From contig CBDBFU010000013.1 in the NCBI GenBank assembly GCA_965205025.1, positions 224,001-288,000 on the forward strand: 64,000 nucleotides of DNA, written 5' to 3'. Positions 52,921-63,880 of this stretch are shown here, piece by piece. This DNA comes from Candidatus Poribacteria bacterium. GTDB lineage: Bacteria; Poribacteria; WGA-4E; WGA-3G. Under the pieces are notes generated by a model. It worked only from the letters and a program-made list of their open reading frames with translations, ran no database searches and was not told the origin of the DNA. The position numbers and the translations under genes are program-made. Position 1 is the stretch's first letter. Each line of letters opens with the position of its first letter.

Positions 52921-55900
52921 TCATCACTCTCCGTATCTTCCACACCATAAAGCATTGATACTTCCTTATCCAATTTCTTTTCAAGACGAGATACTTTTTC
53001 CTCAAGTCCTTTCCGCTTAGCATCCAGTATCTTGTTAACCAATTCAACAACAGGTGCTTGCTGTTCAGAAGATACATCTGGAATAGGTAGTTGTTTCCAA
53101 TCGTCTGGGTAAAGGTTAAGATTGCTACGACGATTGGCAAGTAGGAAGTCTCTGGCAAAACTGGAATTCATTACACTAATTAGGAACTTAATAGAAAAAC
53201 GACGACTTGTCTTTTCAAGATCTTCTCGATTGGGTAAATCAGGCTTTTTCTTTTCATCTCGGTAACGTGTCTGCTTTTGAATAGATCTATTTTTAACTTG
53301 TGACAAGTCATGCCATAGAAAAAATCCAACACAACTGTGTGTGAAAACAAGACATTGATTATCATAACAAGTTATAGGGTTCGATCCAGCTATTGTTTTT
53401 ATTAATATTTTTTTCTTCCACAGCATACATTTCTGGGAACGTTGGTCTATAAAATTTACCTGGGGCACGAGCCGTGTTCCATTCAATCCAAATGTTTGTT
53501 TTTGGAAGCCAACGTTCTAAATGCTTTCCCTCAACATACGGCTTGCTATGAGTATGATCTTTTTTATCTGACACGACATCAGCAGTAACAAAGTTTTCTT
53601 CATCTTCGGGGTCACTATTAGGTCTCAACCCATAACTAATATAACAGATCTTGTCAAGCGTTACCGATGAAGTAAAAATTTGTGGTCCATCGGAATCTTC
53701 TGGGAAAAATGCTCTTTGTGTAAGATTCTTCTGTTCGTCAGTTGGTAAGAGATGAACTGAACCAAATTCCGGGTAATGCTCGCGCCGATCAGGTTTGCTA
53801 TCCTTACCATCTGTTCTTTGAAAAAGATAAATTACATTTCGTATACCAACAGATCCGAAAAGTGGAACTTTACTACAAAAATCAAGACGCAATATCTTGC
53901 TATTATCCAAAAACCAATTCTGCGATTTCTGTGCATATTTTGCATGACAATAGGCATTAGATACGATAAGCGTTGTGAAACCCTCTGGCTTAAGCAATTT
54001 ATAACTTCGTTCAATAAACGGAATAAACAGATCCCATTTCTCATATAGCGTTTCATACTGTTTACTATCTTTAATCTGCAGACGCATCTCCTTAATCTGC
54101 TGTTTTTTCGCTTGGTCTTGCCCACCTGCATCTGCTCTAACATACGGAGGATTGCCGATGGTAATATCAAACCCGTCTTTGATACCAAACATCCACTCTG
54201 GATCGAAGAAATCCGCTTTATCATTCTGGTCATACGGATCCCATTTGGCAATTCTTTTAGCCTCCTCAACACCTTTAGTGAGATTTGCCTCATAACCTCT
54301 AAATTTTTTCTCTAACTTCTCACGCAATTGTTTTTGGTCATCTTCATTGGGTAGTTGACTAACCTGATATGAAATTTTACTTTTTTCCTCAGAACGTAAT
54401 TCATTATACTTAATTACTAACGCTTCCTCTAATTTGTTACGGCAGTCTTCCTCATCTTTAATAAAGTCCAATTTCTCTTGACGATCATTTTCACTGAAAT
54501 ACTTTTTACGGATACCCTCAATTTTCTGACGTAGTTGTCGAATATTGCCATCATCAAGCAATGCCTGTAGATCCTCTTTTTGTAGTTGCATTAACCCTAT
54601 AAGTGTATTCGCAGCAACAAACTTGGTTTCTAAGTTTGGTAGTGGACGAATACCGTAGTTATCATCAGCAATTTCGTTCGGTTTCTGCTCAATAACCAAT
54701 GAAATAAAAAATCGTAGTTTGGCAATAGTAACAGCAATCGGTTGGATGTCAACACCGTAAATACTGTTCTGAATGAGGTAAAGTTTTCTACCATAGTTAT
54801 TATACTGATTTTCTTCAGAAAAAACTTCATCAATAACATCACGTGATCCTTTTCTGCTTGTCGGATCGGGGATATTGTTTGCCTGATCAATTTGTTGCTG
54901 CTTCCAACGTTCGTTTTCCGGATCCAGTTTTCTAAGGATCAAAACTAATTTATTCAGAATTCCCATTGGGAACGCACCGGAACCGACTGCAGGATCAAGA
55001 ATTTTGAGGTCGTCTACCGCTTGAATCATCGGTTCAATCTCAGAATCATAGATCATGTGATCATTGGACGAATCTTTTTCTCCGAGTAGGTCATAGGCAA
55101 GGAGATCATCACGTAGACGTTCTTCAAAGAATTTAGAGTCTCCATCCCCGGGAGCAACCTTCTCAAGAAAATAAGCGATAAGAGCCTCGTCTACCATATA
55201 GTCAACAACGTTACGGCGGGTGTAGAAGGATCCGGTTTCCTTACGTGCAAGGTCCTCGGTTTCAGGATTATACACACCAAGTAAATTTTCAAACACCTGA
55301 CCAAGCAGTTCAGGGTCAAGTGCTACTTCCTGATCTACCGGTGTATTTTCTTCAACTGTAAACTTATAATTTTTGAAAATATTATAAAGACCTTTTTCTT
55401 CTTCAAAAAACAGTTTTGCAGGGACACTTAGTTTTTTTTGATGTTTATCCCAATCTGTGAAGCAATCAATACGTTTACCTCCTGCGCGTTTGCCTTCAAA
55501 AGAATCAAGTGAGTCAAACAAACCGCCATTGACGAATGGTACTTGTTTTAGGTGTTTTAAAAAGACATCTTCGTTTTTAATCAGATCGGCATATCTATAT
55601 TTGTTTGCATTGCGGTGGTCCGGGTTTCGTTTAGGAGGAGAGGATTGTTCAGCAGTTTGTATGTTGGTATCATTAGGGATACGAAATTCGCGTTCTATAA
55701 TCGGTGTGTTTAAGGTAGCAAAAAACAAGTTTTGAAGTATGGCCTGATAGTAATCAGATGTTTCATAATTAAAATTATTTAGGTGATTTCTCGCTCCCTC
55801 TTCAGTAAATATATCTGATGGTACGAGATTATTCTTTTCTTTCAGAAACCAGATAAATAAGATACGCGTTAACATGCGGATAACCTGCATCTTATTCTCT

Positions 55901-56664
55901 TTGTCAGGAAACTTACACACTGTTATTGCCCAATCATACCACTCCTCAAGATCATTATAGAAGCGTTTATTCAGTTCTTCAGTATCAAGCACGACCTCCC
56001 ATGCATCATGAAGCGAATCAAAATTATGCACTTTTCTATCTGTATCAGTAATAAGTTCGCGCAGGTGAAGATCAAAGACAATTTCAATATGTGCACGCTT
56101 GGGAGAATCAAGATCAATATCCTTGATAAGCGTAACCTTTTCCAACACCTGTTTATTCTCATCCTTTTTGCTATGTCTTCGGTTGATGATCCCAATAGTC
56201 AGCACAGATCCATACCGAAACATCACCATAAACGGTTGTGGTATCCGCATACTCATAAACCGCATGATATTAGCAAGTTGCGTGCGAGTGTAGTCATCTC
56301 CAGTAAGTGGCATCGCAATGAACATATAGGAACTTCGGAGTTCATTTTTAATTTCTTTACTTTCAAAATGTGTAGTTTCTGTAATTAGCTGAGCGTTGAT
56401 TTCCGCATCGGTCACCTGCATAACTTGAGAGAAGGGTTCCCAATCCTTAATGCATAGTCTTTTACCTAAATCGGAGGTCTTCTTGGCGGCTTTTTTAATT
56501 TTGTTATATCTGGGTTTATCTATCTCATCTCTGCTAACGTATCCACTATAATAACCGAGTGTATTTAGAAGGTTAGTAGCAGCATCCCTTAGTGGTAACT
56601 GCTCATCAAGGAAATTATTTAATGCCTTTTCGATGTTACCTTTAATCGTTGTCTCTGAATTCAT
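52917..56664 (-). CDS. Eco57I/TaqI-like gamma-class N6-adenine DNA methyltransferase (one frameshift at the T7 run 53408-53414)
   Basis: GSFYT, ILDPAVGSGAF, YGVDIQP, IGNPPY; removing one base joins 53362-56664 to 52917-53486 (EEKILIKT...). Confidence 0.88.
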
Positions 56665-56667
56665 AAA

Positions 56668-57210
56668 CTATCCTTTTCTGTTATCTATCACTTCCATATT
56701 AACATTTAGACGACGTTTAATTTCATTAAGTCGTTCTATTTTTGTATTCGTATCTGAATGTGTTGTAATATAGTAATTTCCAGAGGCTTCTTGGTTATAT
56801 GTAGGATGTTGGACTGTGTCTATAAGTGGTAAACCACTTATTGTCAGATCAAGTTTTTTCACTTTTTCTATACCAATTTCTTCTATTACTTCAACTAATG
56901 TATCTGATGCATTCCGACGACAGATCTCACGTCCATTGGGTAGAATTACTGTTATATGACCCCTGAGTAATTTGGGAGGATCATCAATAGGTTCTGGTTT
57001 CAAATAGCTTTGAAGGTTTTGCTGTAATTCTTTCGTCTGTTGTAATAGTTTCTCTTGATTTTCTATCTCCTGTTGTAATAGAAACTGTAGGGCACTGCCT
57101 TCAGGGACAACATCTTTTTGTAACATTTGGATGTTTCTGTCTAAGACGGGTATTATCTCTTTCAGTAAATTAGATGTTTCATTGATTAACGCATCTGGAT
57201 TTTGTTGCAT
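56668..57210 (-). CDS. Coiled-coil protein with possible SeqA-C-like DNA-binding domain
   Basis: GAGGA RBS before ATG57210; C-terminal GNYYITTHSDTNTKIERLNEI pattern; fold assignment is inference. Confidence 0.65.
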   Translation of the reverse strand: MQQNPDALINETSNLLKEIIPVLDRNIQMLQKDVVPEGSALQFLLQQEIENQEKLLQQTKELQQNLQSYLKPEPIDDPPKLLRGHITVILPNGREICRRNASDTLVEVIEEIGIEKVKKLDLTISGLPLIDTVQHPTYNQEASGNYYITTHSDTNTKIERLNEIKRRLNVNMEVIDNRKG

Positions 57211-57224
57211 TGGTTTTCCTCGCT

Positions 57225-57568
57225 GTATCACAATCTTCCAGATTGTGAACATTATGCGCAATCTGGAAAATTACGCTACAGACTATAAAGTACATTGTAC
57301 GCAATTTGGAAGATTACGCTACGAACTATAAAGGACATTGTACGCAATCTGGAACATTACGCTACAAACAAAGAACATTGCGCGCAATCTGGAACATTAC
57401 GCTACGAACAAAGAACATTGTACGCAATCTGGAAAATTACGCTATAAACTATAAAGAACAATGCGCAATCTGGAAGATTACGCTACGGACTATAAGGACA
57501 TTTTGCGCAATCTAGAAGATTACGCTACGAACAAAGAACATTGTACGCAATCTGGAACATTACGCTAC
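57225..57568 (-). repeat. REP array: eight tandem GTAGCGTAAT.TTCCAGATTGCG units plus one opposing GTATCACAATCTTCCAGATTGTG
   Basis: Units at roughly 40-43 bp period from 57256 to 57568; linkers are related to each other. Confidence 0.92.
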
Positions 57569-57573
57569 AAGGT

Positions 57574-58242
57574 TTATGTTTTTGATAGATAGTTCCACTT
57601 CCATTCTTTCCATTCTTTGACTAAACCTATTTTCACTGGATTGTTGAGTACATACGTAATAATCCGGTGAAGTTCATCTGGATTTCGGACACAATGGTCA
57701 TAACTTTCATGTTGCCAGAAATCACCACTACGATCTAATATTTGATTTGCTTTCTGTGCTGTATAACTCTTGAGTGAATGCATGATGGAAGATAACGAAT
57801 GATAACTGATACTGTCAATTTGACTATTGTCATTTTCAGTATGTTGGGTTTTCAGAGGTGTAAACACTACATGGACATGGTTTGCCATAATGCTGAAAGC
57901 CTTCAACCGATATACTTTCCCATTTAGGTAGTGCAGACTTTCAGCTACCACTTTAGCTATCCGTTGGTTTTTGAGCCATACTGGTCCGTAATGTGCATTA
58001 TCTAAAGTTTCTTCGATTTTTCGGAAACGCTCACTTTTTATTTCATGAATATCTTGCTTATGTTTTATTGCATCAAGTTTTCTTTTCTCTACAAAATACT
58101 GTTGTAAAATATGTTTTGGTATTGATCCTGTTAGGTTAAACGTAATGAAGAAGGTTGCACCTGGCGGTTGTATATGTGGTAGGTTACGATGATAGTATGG
58201 TTTGTAGCTATATTGATTCATTTTAGTTTTTTCTGTTTTCAT
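57574..58242 (-). mobile_element. REP-associated tyrosine transposase (RAYT/TnpA-REP, Y1 HUH)
   Basis: RNLPH, TFFITF, IMANHVH (HUH), FWQHESYDHCVR, YVLNNPVK; flanked by REPs on both sides. Confidence 0.92.
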
Positions 58243-58252
58243 CTATCTTTTT

Positions 58253-58457
58253 GTAGCGTAAACTTCCAGTTTGCGCATCCGTTATCTGTGTAGCGTAAAC
58301 TTCCAGTTTGCATATGTGAGTCGTGTAGCGTAAACTTCCAGTGCCATTAATTCCCAATTTGTGTTATAAGACCACACAATCTGGAAGATTGTGATACAGA
58401 TACAATATAAGACCACACAATCTGGAAGATTGTGATACAAAAGACTGATTGTGATAC
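58253..58457. repeat. REP cluster: three GTAGCGTAAACTTCCAGT copies (+) and two full plus one partial GTATCACAATCTTCCAGATTGTG (-)
   Basis: Read directly. Confidence 0.9.
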
Positions 58458-58465
58458 GACCTGGA

Positions 58466-61400
58466 CTAATGTCTAATGACCAACCATGTGACTAACTCAA
58501 ATTCAGTATCTTCTGTAATCTGACTCTCAGCAGTTGGCAGGAGTGCATCAGGACTTGAGTCAAGTTGGTCGTTGACCTTCTGAATATACTCCGCACGGAT
58601 GGATTCTAACGCGGTGTCAAGTAGCATCTGATAGATCGTCATGTCATTACCATTGTCGGTATCTTTGTTGAACTTTGCATATAGTGTTATTTGTTCGTCA
58701 GTCTTTGTTGAAGACTTTCCAACACAGAGTGCACTGAACCGTTCTAATATGCGTTTCGGATTGGTGAATCCAATAGAAACAACTTCATCCTCAGTGACAT
58801 AGACAAGATAGTAGGGATGTCGTGGGTTTAGTTTCTTACTTTCCTCATTGTCTTCTGCTTCAATGACCTGTTTTAAACAGAAAATAACCCCAGGTTTTAT
58901 ATCTACAGGTGCACCACCATGCGTAAAAGGCGATGTGACAGCATATAAACCCAAATCTGCTAATCTCAGATCATCCTCTCTGGTATTTAAATAATTGAGA
59001 AGTTGGGCGCGGAAATCGTCCAGTGTGAATTGATTCAAATTCAGTTGTTCGTCTAAATCATCAAAGTCAAGGATATCGGTTTGCATACGGCGGAGTTGTT
59101 CATCTCGGTGTGACCATACCCTTTCCAAGTTTTCATCACTATTTTCAGGTGTGAGTGGGTTGTCATAACCTGTAGCCGTCAGATTGACGAGAGCCATGCG
59201 GGACTCAACCCGAACTTTCAGGTTGATATACTCGTCAAGTTCAGGTGTAGGCCAAAAATTTACCATACGTATTAAATCGTTCTTACTCCCGATCCGGTCA
59301 ATACGTCCGAAACGTTGGATAATCCGCACAGGATTCCAATGTATATCGTAATTGATAAGATAATCACAATCCTGCAAGTTCTGCCCTTCAGATATACAAT
59401 CCGTCCCGATGAGTAGGTCAATTTCTGGGATTTCTGCCTCCGTGTCATCTGTTGTTCGTTCCTTGGAGATAGGAGAGAAATTGGTCAAAATCTCATTAAA
59501 ATCTGTATTACCGTAAGTCGTTTTATTTGCGGAACCGGTTACGACAGCACACTCAATTTCAAGTGTTTCTTTTACCCATTCATACATATTTTCATATAAA
59601 TAATTGGCAGTATCAGCAAAAGCGGTAAATACAAGAACTTTACGGTTCTTTTTACCATCATTATTAGTGGAAGGTTCATTTACTTTCTCATATATAAGCG
59701 TCTTGAGTTCTGCTAATTTGTTATCTCTGTCAGGAGTAATGTTGGCTGCTGCGCGTTGTATTCCTGTTAGTTGTTCTCTATCGTTCTCAAGATCTTCCAA
59801 CCATGCTTCAAGGTCAAGGTGTTCATACTGGTATTGATCATCTTCTGCATCTTCAATGCCATTGAGTAGATCTTCATCTTCTCCATATTCTGCTTCTGCT
59901 TCTGCGAATGCAGAGTAATCGGTGTCCCTATCTGCCTCATCATGCAAGTAATCTTGTATGTCAATGGAAAGTGCATTTATTTTTTCAATCGTCCGTTTTA
60001 ACGTTGAATCGAAAGAGTGGACACTGCTCTCAAGCCGTTTGAGAAAGTTCACCTTCATCATCCCGATAAGGTTACTCTCACGATGCTGCAGAACTCTATC
60101 ATCATAGTGGTGCAGACAATCCGGTTTGATATAAAATGATGGGTTGAAAAGGGAGAGTTTATAACCATCAATCTGTGTGCTAATGTTTTGGAAACTGGGG
60201 AATATACCTTCCGTATCAATATCAGGATAGACAGGTATCGGATCTGCCCGATCTGGGAACTTGATTTCTAAACCATCAGTATCCTTATAGAATTTAGTTA
60301 TATGTTTTCTGGATCGTGCGATGGTGAGTCTATCTAACAGATTGAAAAAATCAGTATTCAGGCTTTCAGCCAGACTATCCTGTCTTTGCGCTTGATTAGA
60401 TAGATCACCGTTTTGATCTGTCCATTTTTCAAACCGATTTTGCGCGTTTCTCAATGTTTCTCTAACACTATTTATACCTGTATTTTGAAAAGCATTATCA
60501 TTATCCTCAGTGATGAGTCGTATCTGGTTTACAAGATCGGTCAGTTTGTTGTTTACAGGTGTTGCAGATAGCATAAGGACTTGGGTTTGACATCCACTCT
60601 TGATAATCTCCTCCAATAGTTTGTTATATCGACTTCTCCGTAATAGTAGACCTTCCTCATATCTATCAGGGGGTCTGTTTCGAAAATTGTGTGATTCATC
60701 AATTACGACAAGGTCGAAATTCTCCCAATCAAAATCTGATGGTTTTCCTCTATCTGTCAAGTCTGAGTGTGCCTTGACGGTGTAGTGAAAGTTATCTTTT
60801 CTAAATGGATTATTTTTTCTTTGATAGTTTAATGAATAGAGAGTCCAGTTCTCTTCCAACTTTTTTGGGCACAACACCAACACATTTGCACCCCGTATTT
60901 CAAAGTATTTTATGATGGCGAGTGCCTCAAAGGTTTTACCTAACCCGACACTGTCTGCAATGATACACCCATTATATTCCCTCAGTTTTTTTATACATGC
61001 CTGAACACCGTGTTTCTGAAAATCGTATAGTTTTCTCCAGATTTCTGAATGCTGAAACTTCGGACTTTCTTGTGCGAAATCCGCATCTGTTGCACCATCC
61101 AAGAAGTCTTCAAAGATATGGTACAACGTTTTAAAGTAGATGAATTCTGGATCTTGGTCTGTGTATATGTTTTCAAGGTATGTTTTAACCGCTTCTTTTA
61201 CATCCTGCACCTGATCCGATTCCCATAGGTTATCAAACCACTTTTTTAGGTCGGCACAGTCGCTTTTGCTATCCACTTCAAGGTTGAGTTCAATATTTCT
61301 TGCTTTTTCATTCAATCCCAAACCGCGCACGGTAAAGTTGGAACTGCCGAGGATGGCATCTTCACTCCCGTCTTTTTCAATATAATACATCTTGCCGTGT

Positions 61401-61756
61401 AAGAAATTGGATTTAGCGACCGATTTGATTTCTACTTTGTCCTCAATCCAATCGTGACATGCTTTAGCAATTGCGTTTTGAGGTAGGTAGTTACCAAGTT
61501 CTAATCCTTTTTCAGTAAGACGAAATGCTTTGCTTTCTGTTTTGCTGGGATCCATACCTTGGATAAAACTCGGTTCACCGAACAGAAATCGGAGTTCTTT
61601 TATGTGTGTGAGTTCGTCTTTGAGTTGGTGGAATGCGTAGATGGTGAAATAGGCGGATACGAAAGAGAGGGACGACCCGTCTTGAATTTTATCTCGTAGA
61701 AAATCGGCGACGGTGCCGTACATATTGTTGTCTCTGATGTGAGTGTTTTCTGACAT
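58466..61756 (-). CDS. PLD-nuclease-fused SNF2-like SF2 helicase
   Basis: SAYFT, LHGKMY...GSSNFT (PLD), ADSVGLGKT, IDESHNFRN, LSATP, SEGQNLQ, WNPVRIIQRFGRIDR. Confidence 0.9.
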   Translation of the reverse strand: MSENTHIRDNNMYGTVADFLRDKIQDGSSLSFVSAYFTIYAFHQLKDELTHIKELRFLFGEPSFIQGMDPSKTESKAFRLTEKGLELGNYLPQNAIAKACHDWIEDKVEIKSVAKSNFLHGKMYYIEKDGSEDAILGSSNFTVRGLGLNEKARNIELNLEVDSKSDCADLKKWFDNLWESDQVQDVKEAVKTYLENIYTDQDPEFIYFKTLYHIFEDFLDGATDADFAQESPKFQHSEIWRKLYDFQKHGVQACIKKLREYNGCIIADSVGLGKTFEALAIIKYFEIRGANVLVLCPKKLEENWTLYSLNYQRKNNPFRKDNFHYTVKAHSDLTDRGKPSDFDWENFDLVVIDESHNFRNRPPDRYEEGLLLRRSRYNKLLEEIIKSGCQTQVLMLSATPVNNKLTDLVNQIRLITEDNDNAFQNTGINSVRETLRNAQNRFEKWTDQNGDLSNQAQRQDSLAESLNTDFFNLLDRLTIARSRKHITKFYKDTDGLEIKFPDRADPIPVYPDIDTEGIFPSFQNISTQIDGYKLSLFNPSFYIKPDCLHHYDDRVLQHRESNLIGMMKVNFLKRLESSVHSFDSTLKRTIEKINALSIDIQDYLHDEADRDTDYSAFAEAEAEYGEDEDLLNGIEDAEDDQYQYEHLDLEAWLEDLENDREQLTGIQRAAANITPDRDNKLAELKTLIYEKVNEPSTNNDGKKNRKVLVFTAFADTANYLYENMYEWVKETLEIECAVVTGSANKTTYGNTDFNEILTNFSPISKERTTDDTEAEIPEIDLLIGTDCISEGQNLQDCDYLINYDIHWNPVRIIQRFGRIDRIGSKNDLIRMVNFWPTPELDEYINLKVRVESRMALVNLTATGYDNPLTPENSDENLERVWSHRDEQLRRMQTDILDFDDLDEQLNLNQFTLDDFRAQLLNYLNTREDDLRLADLGLYAVTSPFTHGGAPVDIKPGVIFCLKQVIEAEDNEESKKLNPRHPYYLVYVTEDEVVSIGFTNPKRILERFSALCVGKSSTKTDEQITLYAKFNKDTDNGNDMTIYQMLLDTALESIRAEYIQKVNDQLDSSPDALLPTAESQITEDTEFELVTWLVIRH

Positions 61757-63617
61757 AGTGTTATTTTAATTTGAACAAATACTTTTGCTAAGGATAATAT
61801 CTAAATTATAGTAATGTTTCATATAAATTCTACAGATAAGCTGTGAATTTTTCAAGTGTAAAATTTACCCACCATTGAGTGTTTAATGTAATACCATTTC
61901 TGATAATTAAAATCTCTTTAATGTAGCATAAACTTCCAGTTTGTGTCCTAACTCTTTTTGTAGCACAAACTTCCAGTTTGTGCTTAGTCTACATAGTTTG
62001 GACAGTTTTAAACGATACACATTTTGCCCCTCGAATCAAGGAATCAATGGTATGAATGTTATTTAGACATTCCCCCAAATCTACGCCGAATGCGCGTATG
62101 GCATTCGGCGGGTATGAACGCCATTAGGCGTTCCCGGGGCTTAGACCTTGGTTAGGTATGACGTTTCTACAAACCTTTCGCCCCTCTGGGGCTTCTAATA
62201 CCAAATTTTACTTAATTAGTTTACATTAATAGGAGATCGGAAAAGCAATTTAGTTTTAAAGGTATTCTATAGACATTCCGTCCCTACCAAATCAACGGTA
62301 TGAATGCCATTTAGGCATTCCCCGGGACTCTATTATGGGAATATATACTTTTGCTATAGACATTCCGTCCCTATGGGACTCAAGGAATCAATGGTATGAA
62401 TGCTATATAGCATTCCCGCCTACTGGGTCTGGGGAATTAGAATTACCGATTTAAAAAATTAATCTTCATCCAGTTTGTGCGGTATTTCAAGACATATATA
62501 ACAACTGTTTATGGGATAAACATTTATAGAAATGGTATCAGATGAAAACCAAAGATGCATCTCGTTCACACTTAAGTTATATAAATATTAACATATATGA
62601 TTCACGGAGAATTGGTATAATTAAAATTATAGACCTTTATAGAATAAGGGCTCGTAAAATTGCTCCGTGAAGGTTTCCGTGAAAGTGCAATCATCTCAAT
62701 TCGCAAAAAATTAACACACTTTTCCTATCAAACTATCAACACATACAAGATTATCATATAAGGACTTATGCACTACCAAGGTATGTATGTTCGATCCACG
62801 AATCGAACCCCTTTATAGTCGGGAATCGGAGTTCCCTCCTACAGAAGAATATAATGCTTAAATTGATGTCTATGGGAACAGGTATTCTGATACCCAAACC
62901 TCTTATCCGCGTAATCCATGAAATCTGCGTAATCCGCGATTCAGACAAATGTAGCGTTGATTCAAATGAGAATTATGAAACTTAATAACCTTGTACCTAT
63001 TCTTAGTGTAAACCCTATCAAATTCTAATTTTACACATTTCTTAAAAATAAAATGAAGAAAGCACACATCTCTAACATCAAACACATTAATAATATTAAC
63101 CCAAGTTGTCACGCGTTTACTTACATAGCACTCCGCTGGAGTGCAGGATGTTGATATGTCTTTTTCTATAGACATATCACCCCGCTGGGGTGAGGGAAAG
63201 TGTCTGAAAAACTGTGCTGAGTTGATATGTCTTTTTCTATAGACTTATCACCCGCTGGGGTGAGGAAAGTGTCTGAAAACTGTGCTGAAAGGATCAAATC
63301 CGTTAGTAGCAACTTGAGTTAATATTAGTCAAAATGAAAATAAAATCAGGTGTTAGAACACGAACTAAAATCAAAAATAAAAAGTATAGGCTACATATTC
63401 AGAGGAAAAATAAATGATGAATATCCATAAAAACGATCCTAATTACGAACTTTCATTTACGTCAAAAAATGCACCTATTTTGACGGTAGAAAATGTCAAA
63501 ATCAGAAAAGACAACAAAAACACAAAATCACACATTTTTGAATTTCTTAAAAAACCAATTCAAAGTGGAGTAAAGCCAGTCTATAACAGGGTTTACAGAG
63601 GTAATTCACACTAATTT

Positions 63618-63655
63618 CAATGTCACACCGTGTGACAAAAAGTGTAACTTTTTTC
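63618..63655. repeat. Right arm of 38-bp inverted repeat (partner 49851-49888)
   Basis: CAATGTCACACCGTGTGACAAAAAGTGTAACTTTTTTC. Confidence 0.92.
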
Positions 63656-63698
63656 GTTTTTTCGACGCACAGAGAATAGCAACGACAACACGATCTAC

Positions 63699-63775
63699 TG
63701 TCTGTATATTAGGATTAAATGGATGTTTTTAGACATTATTATTTGTCTGTATATTAGGATTAAATGGATGTTTTT
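63699..63775 (+). repeat. Perfect 32-bp direct repeat separated by 13 nt
   Basis: TGTCTGTATATTAGGATTAAATGGATGTTTTT at 63699-63730 and 63744-63775. Confidence 0.9.
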
Positions 63776-63880
63776 TATATCTTTTTAACAATCACGGAAT
63801 TTCTTAAAGATTGTATTTTCGTACGAGTAGTGATATAATGTGTTTATATGAAATCTGTCAAGGTATTTAAGGAGAGAAAC

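Noticed and set aside
57256-57568. CRISPR array
   Set aside because: Linkers are only 16-19 nt and similar to one another, units carry a GTAG tag, and a RAYT rather than cas genes is adjacent; this is a REP array
51331-61756. Canonical BREX, DISARM or Gabija
   Set aside because: No recognisable PglZ/BrxC, DrmA/DrmB or UvrD-type GajB partner
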